A stretch of 60,185 nt of DNA, the filler included, from Sphacelaria rigidula (Eukaryota): assembly GCA_964200075.2 (NCBI GenBank). It is 4 parts of 4 records of this genome, joined end to end, with 100 filler letters (N's around TTAATTAATTAA, not from the genome) between each part and the next. Parts side by side here need not be neighbours in the genome. Positions count along the whole stretch, not along the records: positions 45,221 to 60,185 come from CAXNAA020001971.1; 3 more parts are not named here. One strand, given 5' to 3'. The notes under the pieces were generated by a model, which saw only the letters and a program-made list of their open reading frames with translations, did no database searches and was not told the origin of the DNA. Positions 49,808-60,185 of the stretch are shown here, in pieces. The translations under genes and the position numbers were made by a program. Position 1 is the stretch's first letter; each line of letters opens with the position of its first letter.

Positions 49808-52160
49808 TCATCTGTCAGCATCAGGTTCTGTCATGGCTTCTTTCGCTGTCGACGGTTCCTGTGGTGCAGTGACGATTCCGCCTGCGAGCATGCAGAATGC
49901 GCCCTTGTCCTGATCTTGTAGAAGGGTGGCGAGGAGATTTTTGTCATCAGAACTGCTGCCGTCAGAACTTTTAAAACGTTGCTGTGCGTTGTCCCCTCGA
50001 TGCCGTTGCGCCAGTCGACTGGACGTGCGCAGTCCACTATCCGGAGAGGAGCGCTTCGGTGCTGTTGAGTCCTGTGGTGGCCGGTCATAGTTGAAAGGCT
50101 TTCCTGTCAGCCTCTCAGATGGGGTCTCGCCTCCGAGGTACTCGTGGGGCATCTCTGCGGTCTTGATTGCTGCGTCCTCCACAGCGAAGAACCAGTAGTC
50201 CTCTCCGGGTCCCGCTTTCACCACTTGACTGCGTGCTATCCTCATCACTTGTTGAATTGCACGTTCAGCAATTCCATTATTCTGCGGTGTTCTTGGCGGT
50301 GAGGAGCGCCACTTGATGCCGCGATTAGTCAGCACGCGTTGAAATTTGACTGATAAGTTCCCCAGCGCCGTCTCCGCTGATGCATTTGATGGCCACTCCC
50401 TTTTGGGCCATCTCGTCGATATAGGGTCCCGTGGCGTCAGTGGCAGCATCTCGTGTCTTGACTCCAACGACGTGCTTGTCTCAACTGGCCTCGTCCACGA
50501 AAAGCCGAAAATATTTCATGCCCGTGACATCGGCGTGAAAAGGCCCTTCAAAATCAGTGTGCACGACTTCACCCGGTGCTTTGGGACTCCCGCCGCCGCG
50601 GCCGTAGCTGAGCGCCTCGGACTTGCATTTCTTGCAGACGCTGCAGCGCATCTCGGACGCCACCGTGGTAGCGGTTACATCGATCAGCCCAAGCTTCTCG
50701 AGGTGTTTTTGGCAGCCGCATCGATGTGTCCTAAGGTGTCGTGCCAGTCCTTCAATGTGAGGCGCTGCTTCTTGTTTCCGAACGAAGCGTGCGTCGACGC
50801 CGCACGTTTGCCATCTCCCTGCAGCGATGCTGACAGTGCCAGGAACCCTTTATTCTCGGCCAGGGGGATCTCCGGTCCATCCTTTCTGAACCGAAGGTAA
50901 CTCTCCTTCCTGTCTGAATCCACGAATTCTCCTCCGTCACGCCGAATCGTTCCGGTACTCAGCAGCCGGCAAGGTAGCCCAGGGACCCAAAGTACGTCCT
51001 TCACCGTGACCTTTACCGGAGCCTCCTTTCTCCGAGCGTCCACGTGCAATGTGATCTCTCCCATTGCCAGTGCCTGCAGCTGTCCCTTTTTCCGAAATGT
51101 ACAGCTTCGCTTGACCATACGTGTCTTTCTGAGATCCTGTTTCCAGGGAGTCATGTGGACATTCGCTCCCGAGTCGCAGAGAATCGACACCCCTGAGTCA
51201 CTGTTGGTCGACGTGCACATGCATACTACTCGCTCATCTTCGACTACCACGTCCATCGTCATGAATGCCTGCGGTCTGTCCTCCCTCACATTACGTTTGC
51301 CGTTTTGTGGAGGAAGTGGGGACGTTTGTGCGGGGCTCAACCCCGGCGGTCGTTTAGCCGGAGAATCCGTTTTTCATCAAGGTAGGAGCGACACTCCCGC
51401 TACCTATGATTTCGCTTCAAACAGTAGGCGCAATGATTGCTTTCGAGCCTCGAGCCAGTTCTGTTGCCGTCAGTTCCCGATTGAAACGCTACTACTGCCT
51501 CATCGCGGCGTTCCATGTCAGACGTTAGATATGCTGATGGTGCTACGAATGCCGTTTTTAGCTCATCGTACGTCATACCTGGTTGTGTTGTTAGCTGGAT
51601 GAATACTTGTGGAAGCGCCTCCTTGATTCCGAGTAAGAAGGCTGCCCTCTTCGTCTTGTCGGCTTTGGCGTTTCCAAGCGCTTCGAATTCCCCCCAGATG
51701 GTGTCCAGCTTCACCATAAAATCTGCTGGTTCTTCTGCAGAATTGCATTGGAGACCCCGCAGTCTTCGTTCCAATACAAGTAGTTGCACAGGTCGCTCGT
51801 CCTGTGCACGTCCTCCACAGATCCGTTCCATCTCCAGCCAGGCTTCCAGGCCGTCGGGGTTGCCGCCGTGCTCGCATCGTGCGACGATGGTTGCGGCTGA
51901 CCCTTTCGTAGCATGTGCCAAGAGGAACTATTAGGACTGTATACTGCGTTGGTGGGTTTCGTACGCCCTACGCTGGTCGAGTGTTGTGGTCGCTGTCGGA
52001 ACGACCGATGTGGTGTAATCCGGTCGCAGCAGGGGGTATAGTCCCTTTCTCCCCACGTACCCAACGAGGGAAAGTCTCTATGCGTCCCATGTTTCTTGCA
52101 AGTGCCTACGAGCGCCCGTCCAGACTGGTAACTTGCATGAACCTGCCTCCATACTCCTCG
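49808..52160 (-). pseudogene. Copia gag-protease-integrase (frameshifted)
   Basis: DGLEAWLEM (gag), CAYCLKRNH (zinc knuckle), ILCDSGANVHMT (PR), WHDTLGH + CSVCKKCK, VHTDFEGP, TPQNNGIAER (IN), EPSTAKEAM. Confidence 0.9.
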
Positions 52161-52172
52161 AGGCTCATAACC

Positions 52173-52581
52173 TGTGCACTTGTGAGGTGTTTGGTATGGC
52201 CGTGGTGCGCTTCCTCGCAGTGCACCGTTATATAGCGGAGCACGGGAATTGTCACGAGAGATATTGACGGGTTGAACAGGCGGCGTACCCGAGTGGGGCA
52301 CTGCATCGCCGTCCTTTGCATTATTCGTTCAGACGTCATCCGCTGGTGTACAGCTCTATTTGAGCCTTCTCTCTCTGAATCTCAGCCCTAAGCCCCAACA
52401 ATAGAGCTCACGATATAGAGCTGCGGAGCCGTTCTGGCCTTACTAAACACTGGCTACAGTACTGGTTTCCGGACTGTTCTTGTTGGCACTTTGTACTGAA
52501 CCGCAGTGCTCTTACCAGGCTGGTTGACCACATGCCTGAGAACCCACGTATGAGATCTATGTCCGATACATGATCTACACA
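52173..52581 (-). repeat. 5' LTR of the Copia element
   Basis: Followed on the - strand by GGTTATGAGCCTCG, resembling the internal tRNAi-Met PBS of copia-type elements. Confidence 0.95.
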
Positions 52582-53969
52582 GTAATGAGCGCCGGGATGT
52601 TGAAGGTGGCTCTAATAGGAGTAGGAATGGTGCTCTGTCTCGAAAGGGATGCGTGGTGAACGGTCAAACGACTAAGGCAAGCAACAAACGAGTACCTCCC
52701 CACACCCCACACCCCCCACCTCCCACCCTCCACCCCCCACCCCCGCCCTATCGTAGTATCACTCGTCAAGGGAGTCCAACTGGACTATCGCCTCCTGGTT
52801 TACTTTCAGCTCAACACGCACCCACACAGCCTCGCACTGGATACAAGCGTTTTCTTCATCAGCGGGAAAATCCTCCCAGTTTCTGCTCGTGACTCCAAAA
52901 AAGACGTCTTATAATACAGTTTTATTGTGGCACAGTCCATACGAGTATGAATCCACAAAAACAGTCATGGCCCATCGTGTTTAGATTATCTTCGACAACA
53001 CATGACTACCGGAGATACGCTCTGATATGCCTCTACCCTTCATGTATGTGTTTAACTAAAACCGCCATTCGTTAGCCAACCTGCAACTCCTGCTACACAT
53101 TTCCTCCATTCCACAAGATGCTTGAGTAGCACCGGGGCGCGTGAACAGTGCGTGCCCCATGATTACCAAGCCGAACTTCCCGATCTCTTCGAGTAATACG
53201 CCTTACGCGCCTTTGTGCCCTTTCCTACCAATCCCGAACCCCTTGCCATATCAAAATCTTCGAGCCATTCTGCTCCGGAGTCCCAGTGATATCGTCGGTT
53301 CTTCCTCGTCCCAGCGTGTGAGCAATACGTTTTCCCATTTTTTTTTCACATGACGGCACCACCACCGACCAATCCCCCCTTCCTGTTGCCCGAGGCGTTC
53401 ATTTTTTTTATCTTGACAAAAATGGACACTGAAGCATTTTCCCTGAAGAAGAATCCAGCATCCTCAAGATATGCGGCCGACTCGCATGGTCCGTGAGGCC
53501 CGATCATCACCTCATCATCACCCCAGCCACCAGCCACCAGCCACCAACCTGCGTTCTGCATTTTGCAGCGAATGTAGCAGCAGCCCAGAATCTGTGGGTC
53601 GTGAATTTGAGGATCTGATTCCCCATCTTTCACTACTTCAACCACACCGAACCATTCGCAGTTGTTACTCGTGCAGCTCAGGACTTTTCATCTACACGTG
53701 TTCCGCGACGTTAGACCGCTACCGCTAGGGTAGGCGATCTGTTGGATCGGCATCACTGCACCTGACATTCAGGAATGTCAGGGTATCATGCATTAGTAGG
53801 ACTACAACAGCGTGTTCTTATAAAAGCTGACTCTCAATAAGAGGTTACACTCTCATATTGGCCAGCATGATGTTGGGGCCTCCTAATGCTGTAGTAGTGC
53901 TGGGCAAAACCGACACCAGCACACGAACCATTTTGGAACATGTTCTGATTACAAGAACAGAAAATGTTA

Positions 53970-54248
53970 CAACGCCGGTTTGGTTGGTCGTATCTGTTCT
54001 ATTCTGTTTTTTTCTTGTTTTAGGTCGGCCATTTCTTTCTGTGCTTTGCTTGTGTTGATTTTTTCAATAATTTATTTTTGTCACGACTTAGCCTGCTATA
54101 TCGTTCTGTTCAACCCCTCTTTTCTTTTCTGTTCCATCTTTTTTTCTCAGAGCGTGTTTCATTTTCGTTTTTCTTGGGTACGTCTATCATGAGACCATGG
54201 CTGGACCCCTGGGGGGTCAGTTAAAGTGCGACAATCAATCAATCAATC
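53970..54248 (+). mobile_element. (TCAA)n-tailed non-LTR 3' fragment
   Basis: T-rich body plus GGCTGGACCCCTGGGGGGTCAGTTAAAGTGCGACAATCAATCAATCAATC. Confidence 0.85.
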
Positions 54249-54735
54249 TGTAGTACGTACGAGAATGTATTTCCCTGCTTTATCCCAATTCTCACCACTA
54301 ATGATACCTCTCCTCGACAAGGAGGAACTCACGTATTTTTGTTCTTCTCTTAGTTTTGTCTTGTTCTCGTTTGACACTGTTGTGGAGCTCGTGGATAAAG
54401 AGTTCATGGTCAAGTAATGCAGCTTCCATATAGCTTCGTTTATTTGCGTGTTTTGCTTGTATGCGTGCTTCCTCTCTATCTTTTTTTCCGCGGCCGTTTC
54501 ACCGAAGGCATGCTGTAAGGATCACTCATTTCTTCATCATTGAAGTTGTTACCATCGGGACCGGTTGCTCTCTTTGTTTTGCTTTATTTTCCTCCGTTTA
54601 TCTTCGTGTTTATTATATTGTTTGTTTTCCCTTTTTCCCTTTTCTCGACGTCACTCGTTGCCCTTCACTTCGGGTACAACAACTTCAATTTTGTGATCAC
54701 GGCTGGGTTATGTTAATTCGGGGATCAGTGACTCA

Positions 54736-56763
54736 GGGCGTGCTTAGCACATCATTTTTCGATCGAAAGTATGCGGTGGAAAAGGAAACTTCGATCTGAT
54801 AAATTGCCCTGTGCCCAGGGCGCATCCAATTTCAATCTATTTCGGTGTTTGTAACGTTGCGGTCTTGGATTGCGGCGGTGAAACCGGAGTGATCTCAGCT
54901 GGGCTTTGTAAGAAGTGGCTCTAAATTGACGGTCTGCAGCACGCACCCAGGGTATGGTGATGTATCGTTGCACGGAAGCGTAAAGTGTTATTGAAGTATA
55001 AATCGTGTTCGTGCTGTCGCTGTCGCCCTACATTCAAAAGGGTCCACAGCAAGCCGGCGCCGAGGCGCGAGCCGTTTCCCGGCAAATTCCCGCTAGGTCG
55101 TCCCGCACTAGTCGCATCCACTACCATGCCTGTTTACAAGACCACGTACAGGACTTGCTTCCCGGTATGCCATAGACTATCAGTTGCAAACTGCTGCTCC
55201 TCGGGAAGATAGGAGACAGCCCCAAGCGTCAAGCAGCTGCGCGCTGGGCCGTGGGGCCCCATATCGGGAAATGGCGCCATGTTCCCCCCCCAGGTCGCCC
55301 AAACCTCATTCTGGGGACGTTGGAGGGGAGGGGGGGGGGATCTCGGGTACCCTATTCGAGGAGGTGGGGGGTACCCTCCTGATCGATGGATGATGGCGAT
55401 AGTAGTTGCTGTGTATGTGCGCATCGATCTTAAAATACACATCCATGTATTTAAAATACGCTGCTTGCTGCTGTGTTCAACACTGCGTACACGGCGTACC
55501 GACCGCAGCGTGACACCTTCGGCGGTACTACTTGCTCACTGTACAGCGGCAGGGTGCAGGGTGACAATGCACACCGCAGAACGTCACATCCTTAGCCTAT
55601 CCCTATCCTGAATTGATTCCGTGCTGTTCTGTGCACTTCGCCACATCATGAATGCAGCCGTTGTTGGTACCTGCGGCCAACGTGTACGCGATATATCACC
55701 CCTCGTTACGCGCTATAACGCCACATTTTGTAAAGCTGTCCGTGTTGCAGCTACAGCGTGTGTTTGCACCAGGTGGCGCGCGCAAGAGTGAAAGGCCGCC
55801 CCCGCCGCTGTAGTGGCTGCCTACGTAGAAACACTCCTGTGTTGGCCTTCGTCCTGTGTGGCCCCGGCTGGTGCGCCCACATATACCGAAAGGTGGAGAC
55901 CGGCGTCCCGAATAGATGGGACCACAACACACACAACACACTGTGCGCAGTACACTTTTAACATCGTGTTCGTACTGACTGTAGAAATATTTATCCAGGG
56001 TCTGGTACATTTCCACATATGATGCAGGGTCTGGCACATATCCACTTATAGTGCAGGGTCTGGTACATTCCCACGTGCATGTAACGTTACTCAGTGAGGG
56101 CGTGAAAAAATCCGCAATATTTGGGCGAACTGCAGGAGAGGCAATCGCCAAAATATTCATCTGCAAACTCTGCTCCAGTGCGCTGTAAGATGATATCGCT
56201 AGAAGGACACTACCATAACCACGTTGCCGGCTGCCAGACTGTCAGGGCGTAGGATTCGCTAGTATTGCTACTGCCTATAAGGGGATGATGCCCCCTTATC
56301 GGGTACATGGGGAAGGGTCCGTGGCAGAACGCAGTGGTCGCATCAAGCAGCTGCACGCTGGGCGTCCTCATTCAAGACTTCGATCTGGAGAACAGTACTA
56401 GGTAGACAGCAGCAACTACTGTGTGTCCAGATGCCCCTTGGAACAGGGTGCGTTTGGTTTTTGTTTGACAAAGTTTCCCGCCAAAAACCGAAATCAGAGG
56501 GGTTTTAGAGTCGAAGAATTTCGCAAAACAAAGTCGCAATAATCGAGTCGCAAAAAACAAGTCGCAAAACTCGAGTTGCAAAAAACTGTTCAGTCGAACT
56601 GAACCGGAGCACAAACCAAATCCACTGAGTGTAATTGTAATAGGTCGAGATTTCAACTACCGCAGTTTATATTGACGATGGTTAAAATTACGGCCTATCA
56701 GATCGGAATTCTCGTTTTCCCTCGCACTTTTTCGATCGAAAAATGATGAGCTAAGACACACCC
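54736..56763. mobile_element. PIF/Harbinger-like non-autonomous element (~2.0 kb)
   Basis: TCA|GGGCGTGCTTAGCACATCATTTTTCGATCGAAA ... TTTCGATCGAAAAATGATGAGCTAAGACACACCC|TCA; 3-bp TNA TSD and GGG/CCC ends; splits a (TCAA)n-tailed element. Confidence 0.8.
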
Positions 56764-57266
56764 TCAATATGCGACAATCAATCAATCAATCAATCAATCC
56801 TTTTCCTGCTGAATGTCCTCTTGTGCCTTGATCCCTATCCCTCACCCACGACTCCGACAACTTTGGTACACGAGTTCGTGTTTGCTCTTCTCCCATCATA
56901 GATATCTCTCAGCACCCCAAAGTCAGGTCCGTACTCTTAGGGATTGGTCTGTGATATCAAATTGACACTGCAAAATAAACCAAGTATCCCATCAACGAGT
57001 CGCTTCCGTCAGACGACTCTCGAGGGGTTCCCGGATTCTTTGGACAGCCTTGCTGACCTTGGGCAAGTCTACCTAATTTGGCACACTTTTCTCGCCCTGC
57101 TCCTTAAATCAGTCCTGCCACTTGTTCCCCGAACATGCATGGCCGAGAACAAAAAATGCACGGAGCCGTGAAGAGCGTCTCACCCCGAAGAGTTTGTGCA
57201 CGGCCGGGGAGAAGAAGAAGAAAATAAATGTAGCCGGTTGAAAAAATACATGTGATGACGCTTTAT

Positions 57267-57594
57267 CATGGTTGAGATCACATAAGCTCAGGAAGCGTGT
57301 TTGCTGCGCTGTTCACCAACGTTGCGACGCAAGCAGTCATAAACACCATGTTCGTGGTAGAGAGCCCGAGTGCTGTCCGAAGAAAACTGCAGGAAACGTG
57401 ATTCGAACCTCAGACCATCGAAGCAGCGAACCAAACGCTTGAATGGCCCGAGGTCCGAACCACTCTCGCAGTTTCCTCCACGCAGCACTCGTGCTTCCTG
57501 CAACCACGAAGATGATGTGTGTGACTGCTTGTGTCGCAACGTTGGTGGACAGCGCAGCAAACACACCTCCTGAGCTTAGTTGATCTCAACCATG
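57267..57594 (+). ncRNA. Candidate long pre-miRNA / hairpin RNA
   Basis: Continuous imperfect fold-back to a small loop near 57425-57437; no TSD; single copy in the window; strand inferred from G:U pairs. Confidence 0.5.
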
Positions 57595-57687
57595 CTAAAC
57601 GTTCTTGTTAGACGTCGGGTGTCGAGAGACACGACCGTGACATCATCATATCGTAGGAGGGTATAACTCCGCCCCCTGTTCCTGCTC

Positions 57688-57748
57688 CGTCTCGAAAGGG
57701 ATGCGTGGTCAATGGTCAAACGACTAAGGCAAGCAACAAATGAGTACG
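57688..57748 (+). mobile_element. 61-bp LINE 3'-end insertion with 14-bp TSD
   Basis: CCCTGTTCCTGCTC at 57674-57687 and 57749-57762 flanks the poly(C)-family tail. Confidence 0.9.
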
Positions 57749-57762
57749 CCCTGTTCCTGCTC

Positions 57763-58184
57763 ACCAAGTGGACAATCTCCCTGGACCAGCTGCTGTAGTC
57801 TTCCACAGCACCACTGAACATAGGGTACTTTACGCGGCCTTCGCCCCACTCCGAAGTAAGCGGTACTTCCGGCCTGCTGTGCAAGTAGCTGCCATCCACC
57901 GCTGTACCACTCCTGTCGCGATCACCCGCACCAGCATCCACGGTTTAAGCGCCAGACACCCACCTGGTATTTCCACTGTTAGCGTGAGCTGTCGTCGGGA
58001 ACTTCCGTCCTCTTTCAGCCGTCAGGGTCTCGAGAAGCCTTGTGATCGTGTGCATCTGCGTTGGTAGCAGTTGGATCTTCCCGACAACATAGTTGAGCCG
58101 ATCACGGTTTTCACCGACTTGTTCCTCCAATGATGAGTTCGTTCTGCCCTCCTCGGCTACGTTGCATACGCAGCAGTGGACCAC
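57763..58184 (-). pseudogene. Possible gag N-terminal relic
   Basis: Coiled-coil-like SSLEEQV...LLETL followed by YPMFSGAVEDYSSWSR (F.G..DY..W gag-like). Confidence 0.35.
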
Positions 58185-58794
58185 CTAATGGAACGCTAGC
58201 GTGTTGAGATATTCCGCTTACTATTAAAGTATAGCGCAGACCGCAGGTTATAGGCGATGCATCAATGTCGACACGGTGCAGGAGGTATGGCTTCGGGGAC
58301 AAGCCCAGCCACAAGCCGCTCACGTGCAGAAAAGGCGTGAAAGGTTAGATGGAGGAGAGGGGAATTGATTAGCATGGCTACTGAATCGACATGGCATGCA
58401 ATATCTAGTGTTCTGCACGTGTTATACAAAATATCGCGAAGATCCATCTGCTCGAAGAAAAATAACAACAATTGCTTACTCTTGTTCTTCTGTAGCATTC
58501 GAATTAACTTACTCAATAACTAACCTTTCGTACTTTATCTGTTGGATCATCACCGACACTGATGGCTATTCTGGGGTCAGTAGCAACCTCCTTCCTTCTT
58601 CGGCGATGGGACAGGCAGGTAACGACACCCTATTCCTGCTGTCCATCCAGTCTATATTTGATCTTCGGTGGGGGAGGGGGGGAGGGGGGGGGGGGGGAAA
58701 TAATTAACAGATATTTATCCCCCACTCTTTGCGGATGTTAATTNNNNNNNNNNCATGCTGCGCTGTCGGTGCTCAGTGTGGATGTGGTGGCGGT

Positions 58795-58829
<35 letters not shown>

Positions 58830-59077
58830 ATAATTAAGTGAGACTTATCCCGCACTACTTGCGGATTCTAAGTCAGATTTTCGTTCCAGAAACGCTCTCA
58901 ACGACGGGAAAACGGGGTCAATTTCCACAACTTTCCCACGTTTTTTATGCGTTTTTTGTTGTTGTTGTTGGATTTTAACATGTATCATTTCCGAAGTTTT
59001 ACAACATCTCGTACCCCATCGCAGTAGTAATACCGCTGCGCTCAGTTGGTCTGACGAGCCTGGCGTTCTATGATATC

Positions 59078-59400
59078 TTTTTTTTTTATTGTCGCACTTT
59101 AACTGACCCCCCAGGGGTCCAGCCGTCGTCTCACGATAGACGTTCCCAAGAAAATCAAAACTGGGTCCACTCGCTGAAGAAAAAAGAGGAACAGAGAGAA
59201 AAAAAACGGACAGAACGACATAGTAGACGAAGTCCTGACAAAAAGAATAACACTACAAAAATCAACAAAAGCAAAGAACAGAAAGAAATGGCCGACTTGA
59301 AACAAAAAGCAAAAAAGAGGAAGAGAAGAGAAAAGTAAAGAGCAAATAAAATAAAATGAAATAAAATGATGAAAAAAAGGAAAAAGCACAAGGGGTTCAA
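59078..59400 (-). mobile_element. Non-LTR 3' fragment of the (TCAA) family, here ending in poly(A)
   Basis: TTTTTTTTTTATTGTCGCACTTTAACTGACCCCCCAGGGGTCCAGCCG plus A-rich body. Confidence 0.8.
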
Positions 59401-59508
59401 GGCAGCCGAGTAGATACAGATACACACCAGTGGGCACCGCAGAGCCACCGACTAAGGACATAATCAACCTCTATACAACCTCTATGCCCAGAAGATTCAA
59501 CTCCAGTC

Positions 59509-59805
59509 TTTTTTTTTCTCTATCTGGAGTGAGTTATGGTAGATTGTTGGACTCCGGTTTCTACCCGAGGGTTGCCGTCCCTTTAAACAGCGCTGCCCCA
59601 AGCGGTTGGCCGGCTTACAGGCGGGAATATGTGTCTTCATCCTGACGACTGGTGATGTATACCATGTTTTCATGCGTGCATCCCAGACTTTTTCTCAGAT
59701 TATTTCCTTCTGCGGCAAAAGGCGTCAACATGGTCCTTGGAGGGATCGAACCCCGGTTATAATGTTGTTAGATATACAACATATCCACTGAGCTAAACAG
59801 TCAGC
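59509..59805 (-). mobile_element. tRNA-derived SINE
   Basis: - strand A-box TAGCTCAGTGG and B-box GGTTCGATCC, non-tRNA body, A-run tail at ~59509-59518. Confidence 0.7.
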
Positions 59806-60185
59806 GCTGACTATTTAGCCCAGTGGATATGTTGTATTTCTAACAAGTTATACCGCGATAACCCCCCCCCCAACCAGCCCCAAAATTGTCAAGAAGAAAA
59901 CGGTCATTAAGCGCCTCATGTTGGCGACATTGATGAAAACGATTCCAAGTGAGGGAGTTTCCAGCTGTTCGGTGTCCTCGATATGTTATTTTGGTCTACA
60001 TGTAGATCTTGCCTCCTCAAATCAACCACTTCTCTGGGGGGGGAGGGGGTGTACTCATGATCATGTATGCCATAGTCATATTACCATTGACCTCATCCCC
60101 ACAAAGCCAGGACGAAGCACGCCGGGGTTTTGCCGGACCAGGCTCGCACTCAATCACCAAGCGCGAAACGCCGTGGTGTGTTAGG

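Larger units (their letters stand above)
48770..52581 (-). mobile_element. Non-autonomous Copia LTR retrotransposon (gag-PR-IN, no RT/RNase H)
   Basis: 409-bp LTRs 48770-49178 and 52173-52581 (TG...CA); TSD GTAAT; PBS GGTTATGAGCC; PPT AGTGGAGGAG. Confidence 0.95.
46460..52750 (+). mobile_element. Decayed APE-RT LINE (poly(C)-tail family), internally deleted and split by the Copia insertion
   Basis: APE motifs LVGDFDARV and IDHDLIW; RT motifs PGKYRGI.LLS, EEQAGFRP, KAYDTVWR; 3' part homologous to 44200-44810; resumes at 52587 and ends in a C-rich tail. Confidence 0.85.

Noticed and set aside
58668-58870. Duplicated poly-G + AATAATTAA...CTTTGCGGAT
   Set aside because: Straddles a 10-N gap; likely an unmerged contig overlap.
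59731-59805. Functional tRNA gene
   Set aside because: A and B boxes are present but I could not form a cloverleaf or acceptor stem; it continues into a SINE-like body.

Overview
This is eukaryotic, repeat-dense DNA from a draft assembly with N-gaps and artificial TTAATTAATTAA linkers. It is most likely a brown alga (Phaeophyceae); this is inferred from the EsV-1-7 repeat gene and the element types. Most of the window is nested, decayed transposable elements: an Ngaro/DIRS-type tyrosine-recombinase retrotransposon with split direct repeats (~21.6-25.6 kb), a Ty3/Gypsy element (30.5-35.7 kb), a Copia relic (36.2-39.2 kb), a second Gypsy-like relic, APE/RT LINEs, and a 3.8-kb RT-less Copia with near-identical 409-bp LTRs, PBS, PPT and 5-bp TSD inserted in a LINE. 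Smaller elements include several MITE families (AACA...TGTT, piggyBac-like TTAA, Harbinger-like, telomere-repeat-containing) and a tRNA-derived SINE. Host-like coding content is limited to an intronless EsV-1-7 cysteine-repeat ORF (28507-30033, -) and two likely exons of a TPR-like gene (9.2-10.6 kb). The most interesting observations are: (i) the EsV-1-7 array has a nearly invariant 38-aa scaffold with a hypervariable 3-residue position shuffled between repeats; (ii) a 328-nt fold-back that looks like a long pre-miRNA (57267-57594); (iii) a LINE family ending in poly(C) and inserting into C-runs; (iv) the RT-less Copia. All of this was read by eye; no searches or folding were run.
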